Below are positions 57,042 to 64,000 of a stretch of 64,000 nt of DNA, one piece after another. The position numbers and the translations under genes were made by a program. The stretch covers positions 75,803 to 139,802 of the forward strand of contig JAANOX010000059.1 in assembly GCA_020184695.1 (NCBI GenBank), written 5' to 3'. Below the pieces are notes generated by a model, which did no database searches, was not told the DNA's origin, and worked only from the letters and a program-made list of their open reading frames with translations. Origin of the DNA: Histomonas meleagridis 2922-C6/04-290x. Taxonomy: Eukaryota > Protista > Parabasalia. Every line of letters begins with the position of its first letter. Position 1 is the stretch's first letter.

Positions 57042-57898
57042 GTTAAATGTTTCGAATAATTTCCAAATCTTAATATGAAACATAAAATTAATCACCCACT
57101 TTCGATCGTGATCTGTATTTTTAATAAGTCTAGTTTTTGTGAGAGATAATATAAATAATGTAAGAAGGAATGTTAATCCATATATAGAGGTTAAAATCAA
57201 AGTTTAATACAATTATTTTGTTCTTAGATCAAAAAAATTATGCATCAATCAACGGGAAAATCATTGTACATTCAAATAATTGATATATCAATCTATTGAT
57301 ATATATAATAGGCGAGAAATTATTAAACTATTATTATTAGAATAACCATTATTATTTATATTATTATAAAAAAATTGATTTTTAGGGAAATTATATAATA
57401 TTCATAGAATCCAAATTTAACAAAGAAAAAAAAATCTTATTTAGAGGTACACATAATTGAAATTTATAAACGGTCTCCCCGATAATTTATTTTTTCTCAA
57501 GAAATCTCGTGATGGAAGAATGTAATAATTACGATTAAAAATAATCAATATTTCTATCTAATGATGCATTATTTTTTCATTGAAAAATTAAGATTTTTGA
57601 TAAAATATGACAGATAATTAAATCTTATATTAAAATAAAATGAAAAATTCGTTCTATTACATATTTATGAATTTTTCTCATATGGTCCTGAAAAGGAAGG
57701 AAATTGAAGAAAAATAAGGAAAAAAGGAAGAAAATTAAGAAAAATAAGGAACAAATCATCATAAAAGCAAAATTCAATTCTGAAATTAAATATGCGAAAT
57801 TCCATTTAATAATGTAATAATATTTTTCGAAATAAATTTAGAATTCAAAAAAATGAGAGAGAAAAAACAAAAAAACGAAAAATGCATTAAAAAACACA

Positions 57899-59359
57899 TC
57901 AAAAAAATTGAGTTGTAGAAGGATCAAAGCCTTCTTTTTCCATACAACTAAAATCACATGAAACATAATCATCCCCATCGTCTATAGATGGAACCCATGA
58001 AGGATAGTCTATTTTTTCTTCTGAATTTATGTTCGAAATTATGTTATTATAAAGTGTTCTATTTGATCCTAAAATTAATGACTGATAATCTAATAATACA
58101 TTATTTTGAAAAGGGGGTAAGCAAACATCATCATGAATAGCACGTCGATATATTACTCCGTGATGATCAATAATACTTTTACCTTCATTTTGAGTCGAAG
58201 TTTTCCAACTAATCATTAATCTTCCATTTGGTGAAATTTGTCTTGGAGTGGAATATTCTGTACAACCTCTTGTTGTATGGACATCATAATCTTTTCCTGA
58301 CTTTTCAGTATTCCTCCAATTCAATAGAAACAGCTTCCCTTGATGGCCAGTGATATGAAAACTCGATGGATTCAAAATATATTTTTTAAATGTATCAACC
58401 AGAAGTCCAGCTTGCTTCTTAGCTGCTGATACTGCAAAAGTTTTTTGTTTAACACTAATTGAATATGTAATTAAATCCAAAATACCTGAAAGAACAAAGC
58501 CAAGGCCATCAAGTAAATTACACACCTCTTGTGGGAGCGCAAGTGAACAAAATTTGAATGCTTCTTTGACAAAAACAGTTATATAACCTATTGAGCAAGT
58601 GATTACATTTCTGCATATTGCCTCATGTATTGCAGCAATTGTAAACCTTGGTATTGGGTCATTTCCATGAATAAACCCATAAATACCTTCCGTTAAGTAT
58701 TCTTCCGATGTATCTAATATCATTGATGGAGGTGGCGCATAAGCAAAACAATACATTGGTTTGTTTTGAACGTTTTTCTTTGCAAGTATAAACAGAAGTT
58801 CTGCGAGTGCACCTCCTCGTGAATGCCCTGTGATAATGATTGGCTTATCTGAATTCTCGATATATGTTTTAATGTTTTTCCATACTTTTAATGCAGTAGT
58901 TCTAAAATCTTTATGGAACCAACCTTTTATACCCATTCCAAGTTGATCCCCTGTCATTTCAGTACACTCAAAATTTCCAATCCATTCCTCTTCAGAATGT
59001 GTTCCTCGAAGGGCCACAATCCTCGTAGCTGGTATTCCAAGATTTGCATCACCATCCCAATCCCATATCAATAACTTTGGAAGATGATCAACTATTCTTG
59101 CACTAAATGTTATAACTGTTTTACCTGCTGAATACCTTGGGTTGGTTGTAAATTTAAAATAATTATTACCACAACTAGCCATATCATATGTATTACAATA
59201 CATGTCTTCTTCAAAGTCAGATGTAAGTTGAAGTACTCTCTTGAATATATTTTGATTATCCATGTCAATTGAGGGTATTTCAAGTTTTATTAAGTGAAGG
59301 CGAGAAGCTAACATTCTCCATTGGGAACTGAGCAAAACGAAGAGACTCGCAAGACCCAT
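57899..59359 (-). CDS. Class-3 lipase, probably secreted
   Basis: Hydrophobic N-terminus, VALRGT, G.HKDF, ITGHSRGGA nucleophile elbow, HGNDPIPR. Confidence 0.85.
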   Translation of the reverse strand: MGLASLFVLLSSQWRMLASRLHLIKLEIPSIDMDNQNIFKRVLQLTSDFEEDMYCNTYDMASCGNNYFKFTTNPRYSAGKTVITFSARIVDHLPKLLIWDWDGDANLGIPATRIVALRGTHSEEEWIGNFECTEMTGDQLGMGIKGWFHKDFRTTALKVWKNIKTYIENSDKPIIITGHSRGGALAELLFILAKKNVQNKPMYCFAYAPPPSMILDTSEEYLTEGIYGFIHGNDPIPRFTIAAIHEAICRNVITCSIGYITVFVKEAFKFCSLALPQEVCNLLDGLGFVLSGILDLITYSISVKQKTFAVSAAKKQAGLLVDTFKKYILNPSSFHITGHQGKLFLLNWRNTEKSGKDYDVHTTRGCTEYSTPRQISPNGRLMISWKTSTQNEGKSIIDHHGVIYRRAIHDDVCLPPFQNNVLLDYQSLILGSNRTLYNNIISNINSEEKIDYPSWVPSIDDGDDYVSCDFSCMEKEGFDPSTTQFF

Positions 59360-61514
59360 TTGATTTGTGATGTGCCAAATATTTTTGCCAGATAAGTTTT
59401 TTTAACCTTTCATGGCATTTTTTTGCATTAAAAAGCGGTTTGGAAATTTTTCTGTGTAATAATTCAAATTTTTGTATTCAAGCTGACTAACTCTGATCAA
59501 ATTTTACTGAAAATTAATAGAAACCGTTTTTATAGGTTTGTGTTTTGTTCGGTTTTTTACGGTTGGGTACTTGTTTGTTTACAACATGTACATGACTTCA
59601 CTTTCTCCACTTTTTGAGAGAATTTCTAAAATTATTTGTATGAGATTCAAAAAGCTGATAATCATACTGAATTTTATATCTCCACTTTTTGAATACAGTC
59701 GGTAAGGCACCCCAAATGTTGTAGCGGGAAAAACTACCTTTAAATCGAACTATATTTAGCATCAAGACTGGCAAGCAGAAATCCTTTCTAGCTTATTTGT
59801 ATAATTTCCATTTTAATCAAAGCTTTTTAAATGTATATAATACAAGCATCCCCGATAGACAATGGTACTTGAATTAGTTTTTAAATATTTCTAAATGATG
59901 CAAAATAATAATAAGATAATAAATAATTTTCATATGAAATTTTATATAAAAGTCATTCATAAAAAATTTAGTATAATAATGATATTATAATTTTATAATA
60001 GTTTACACAAATTATTTTATATTTCTTCGATTTTAAATCTGTGAATTAAATGATATGTTATCTAGAATAATGAGAATATACAAAATTTAACAAAATTCAA
60101 AATATGATAAGAAAGAATTTAAAAATTAATTAAGATATAAACACAAAACTAATAATTTATGAGAGTATCGACTTATTTTTTGCCGAAGACATAAAATAAA
60201 ACCTATATGAGAAATATAATGATATCATTTCATATGTTCAAGCGGTTACGAGTCAAATTTGAATCAGCGGACGAATAAAAATTACTCAATCAGCTTGTAT
60301 CGTTATAAAAAACAATTTTCAGAATAAAGCTTGTTCAAGAAACGGTGGTATTGACTCATATTCGGATTGGACATATTGCTAAAATACAAAAATTTAAAAA
60401 AAAAACATCTAATAAATTTAATAATTATCGAGGATCGTTTTTATCAGAAAAAAATGTATCGTTTGTCAAGAGACTTCAAGAAAAATATGTACTTACACAG
60501 AAACCATATTATCGATAATAAATTTTTTATCCAGGTTAAATTAGTATTTTATTAAGGTATTACGAAAATTATTATATCATTCCTTTTTCCATCGAATTCA
60601 ATGAAATCAAGATTTCATATAATTATTCGGAATAAATAACAAATCACGATTCTATGATTAAATATCAAAATTTTCGTTCATTAACAACCCAAAAATCATT
60701 TGATTTGTCTGTTTACAAATTACAATGATAGAAAGTAAAAAAAAAACGTATTTTTTTGAAAAAAATGGAAATTTTGATAATATTTACCATCATTCAAATT
60801 GAATTCTGTAGTCACTCATCGTTGCTCCTATCGTTCGACATAAACTATGCAAAAGTCGATTTTTGTCACTTTTTTTAATGATGAAAGAATAAATTTATCT
60901 TGTGCTAATCATGATATAATACTTAGTTTTTTATTAATCATATGTGCGACTATGTATATATATTATATATCCATAATATCAAGATCGTAGTATGATCGCT
61001 ATATACGATGGGTGGAAATCGCAAGTCGAATTTAATATATGACATCAAAAGATATGGAGTTGTCACTTTTGTATTGGAATGAATGTTTCTTAAAATTTTT
61101 TTCGAAGTTGCTTCATACCTACCAGATATACCAGCACTCCAAGTCATTTGTTATTTTTTGATATACAAAATTTGTTCATTTGTTAATTTTGAGATTTTTA
61201 TCTTCACTCAGTTTGTTTAAACGTCACTTTTCTGTAAAGTAATTAATGTAAACCAACATATATCTCGATACAAACACGATAGAGGACGTTTAAAATATTT
61301 CGAAGTACCCAACTTTTTGAATTAATGGAGTTTTGAAAACCGATAACCGTTGATTTCAGCAACATTCATACTTACAACGGCATAAATAATCATACAAATT
61401 ATATCAAAAAGTGAATAAGGTGGAGTCAGGCGTTTTACTTTTTGCAACAGTGGGTTATTTGGCATTTTTTTAGAAAAATTTGAAATAAATTCACCAAACA
61501 ACCAAATTGTGAAA

Positions 61515-62132
61515 ATGTCTACTGATACAAAAGACCAAAATAAAAACACGCAACATTCAACTATAGAAGTAAAAAATCGCGAGAATAATGAGTTACCCAA
61601 TAATGAAGTCGAACGTATCAACCAATATTTCAAACTTGTTACGACAATTATATTATTTATAGAATTTGCATTAGCGATTGGCTCTCTTATAACGGTAGAT
61701 TCATTTAACAAATGTAATTTATTTTTTGATATTGTAGGAGGCACATACTTTTTATTTTGCTCAATTCTTGATCATGTTTATATTTCGGAGGCAGTATTGT
61801 TCTTTTTAAATGTCCTACTTTATGTTCCTTCGATTTCATTTATCATCAGCTCGATAATTTTGTTTATTTCCGTTATTGTACCAATTGGAACGATAACTGA
61901 AATATTTGTAGTTACCCAATACTGCGTAGTACCAGAGTTAATTTTTAGATTCTTTATGAATCTTCCAAATGATACTTCATTTGCAGTGAAACACCTAATA
62001 TTTCTGGCTGCACATTATATTCTTCAAGAGAGAAGAATCTGGCAAAAATATCACCAACAAATCAAAAAATACAAAGATAATCTAAGCAAAATATTGAAAA
62101 TAATTACTCCTCTAAAGCAAACCAAAAAATAA
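61515..62132 (+). CDS. Multi-pass membrane protein of unknown function
   Basis: 3-4 hydrophobic segments after a hydrophilic N-terminus. Confidence 0.6.
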   Translation: MSTDTKDQNKNTQHSTIEVKNRENNELPNNEVERINQYFKLVTTIILFIEFALAIGSLITVDSFNKCNLFFDIVGGTYFLFCSILDHVYISEAVLFFLNVLLYVPSISFIISSIILFISVIVPIGTITEIFVVTQYCVVPELIFRFFMNLPNDTSFAVKHLIFLAAHYILQERRIWQKYHQQIKKYKDNLSKILKIITPLKQTKK

Positions 62133-62311
62133 ACAAGTTCATCATTGATTTTTATATAATTAAAATACTTTTTTTTGATTTAATCCAAAATGAGATTTCG
62201 TTGATCCAAGTATAATTCAATTAATAAATATATGTGTATATATAACATACTGGTTCCAATTTATTGTGATCTGATATACTCACCCCTCCCCCCATACCAC
62301 ACCACAGTATC

Positions 62312-64000
62312 CACAAGTAACACCCACATACACAGGTAACACCTACACACACAAGTAACACCTACACACACAAGTAACACCTACACACACAAGTAACACC
62401 TACACACACAAGTAACACCTACACACACAAGTAACACCTACACACACAAGTAACACCTACACACACAAGTAACACCTACACACACAAGTAACACCTACAC
62501 ACACAAGTAACACCTACACACACAAGTACCACCTACACACACAAGTAACACCTACACACACAAGTAACACCTACACACACAAGTAACACCTACACACACA
62601 CGTACCACCTACACACACAAGTAACACCTACACACACAAGTACCACCTACACACACAAGTAACACCTACACACACAAGTAACACCTACACACACAAGTAC
62701 CACCTACACACACAAGTAACACCTACACACACAAGTAACACCTACACACACAAGTACCACCTACACACACAAGTAACACCTACACACACAAGTACCACCT
62801 ACACACACAAGTAACACCTACACACACAAGTAACACCTACACACACAAGTACCACCTACACACACAAGTAACACCTACACACACAAGTACCACCTACACA
62901 CACAAGTAACACCTACACACACAAGTAACACCTACACACACAAGTACCACCTACACACACAAGTAACACCTACACACACAAGTACCACCTACACACACAA
63001 GTAACACCTACACACACAAGTAACACCTACACACACAAGTAACACCTACACACACAAGTAACACCTACACACACAAGTACCACCTACACACACAAGTACC
63101 ACACACACACAAGTACCACACACACAAGCACCACACACACAAGCACCACACACACACAAGTACCACCTACACACACAAGTAACACCTACACACACAAGTA
63201 CCACACACACAAGTACCACACACACAAGTAACACCTACACACACAAGTAACACCTACACACACAAGTACCACCTACACACACAAGTAACACCTACACACA
63301 CAAGTACCACCTACACACACAAGTACCACCTACACACACAAGTAACACCTACACACACAAGTACCACCTACACACACAAGTACCACCTACACACACAAGT
63401 ACCACACACACACAAGTACCACACACACAAGTACCACCACACACACACAGTACCACCTACACACACAAGTAACACCTACACACACAAGTACCACCTACAC
63501 ACACAAGTACCACCTACACACACAAGTACCACCTACACACACAAGTACCACACACACACACAAGTACCACCTACACACACAAGTACCACCTACACACACA
63601 AGTACCACCTACACACACAAGTACCACCTACACACACAAGTACCACCTACACACACAAGTACCACCTACACACACAAGTACCACCTACACACACAAGTAC
63701 CACCTACACACACAAGTACCACCTACACACACAAGTACCACCTACACACACAAGTACCACCTACACACACAAGTACCACCTACACACACAAGTACCACCT
63801 ACACACACAAGTACCACCTACACACACAAGTACCACCTACACACACAAGTACCACCTACACACACAAGTACCACACACACAAGTACCACACACACAAGTA
63901 CCACCTACACACACAAGTACCACCTACACACACAAGTACCACCTACACACACAAGTACCACCTACACACACAAGTACCACCTACACACACAAGTACCACC
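62312..64000. repeat. 19-bp CA-rich minisatellite AAGTA(A/C)CACCTACACACAC, roughly 90 units, truncated by the window end
   Basis: Direct reading; two main variants plus shorter 15-17 bp units. Confidence 0.98.

Noticed and set aside
57691-57750. ~30-bp purine-rich tandem duplication
   Set aside because: Low-complexity two-copy slippage with no further structure.
57838-57907. Frameshift in a T7 run that would add a hydrophobic anchor (DVFFNAFFVFLFFLSHFFEF) to the lipase
   Set aside because: U-rich 3' UTRs give Phe-rich translations by default; read evidence for a T6 run would be needed.
63046-63234. Cys/Val-rich ORF
   Set aside because: Translation artefact of the 19-bp satellite, whose unit is not a multiple of 3.
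62312-64000. Canonical telomere or CRISPR array
   Set aside because: The C/A-rich strand runs toward the right end, which is the wrong polarity for a telomerase end. There are no unique spacers or cas genes.

Overview
Gene-dense, AT-rich, essentially intronless eukaryotic DNA from a parabasalid (Trichomonas/Tritrichomonas-like). Evidence for the lineage: parabasalid-type histone H3, an initiator-binding-domain protein, BspA LRR genes, DUF3447/ankyrin relics and Inr/M5-like core promoters. The species cannot be fixed from sequence alone. Positions 1-44.9 kb are a compact array of about 28 housekeeping, trafficking and surface genes: Rab, Rho, FKBP15-like, RRP40, RPL37A, RPL18A, H3, PSMA5, BEACH, SKA2-like, CARMIL-like, BspA, a bacterial-type methyltransferase, and an N-lobe-less NEK kinase fused to a Rab-like GTPase. 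From 44.9 kb onward it becomes a transposon/pseudogene island. It holds a young non-autonomous Mutator element (341/340-bp TIRs, perfect 9-bp TSD) carrying a captured BspA fragment (Pack-MULE-like), an uninterrupted DD35D pogo-like transposase ORF, a Tc1 relic, and a second pogo-like element nested in a PIF1/Helitron-like helicase gene. A lipase and a membrane-protein gene follow, then a >1.6 kb 19-bp CA-rich satellite runs off the window end. All family assignments are from motif recognition by eye; no database searches were run.
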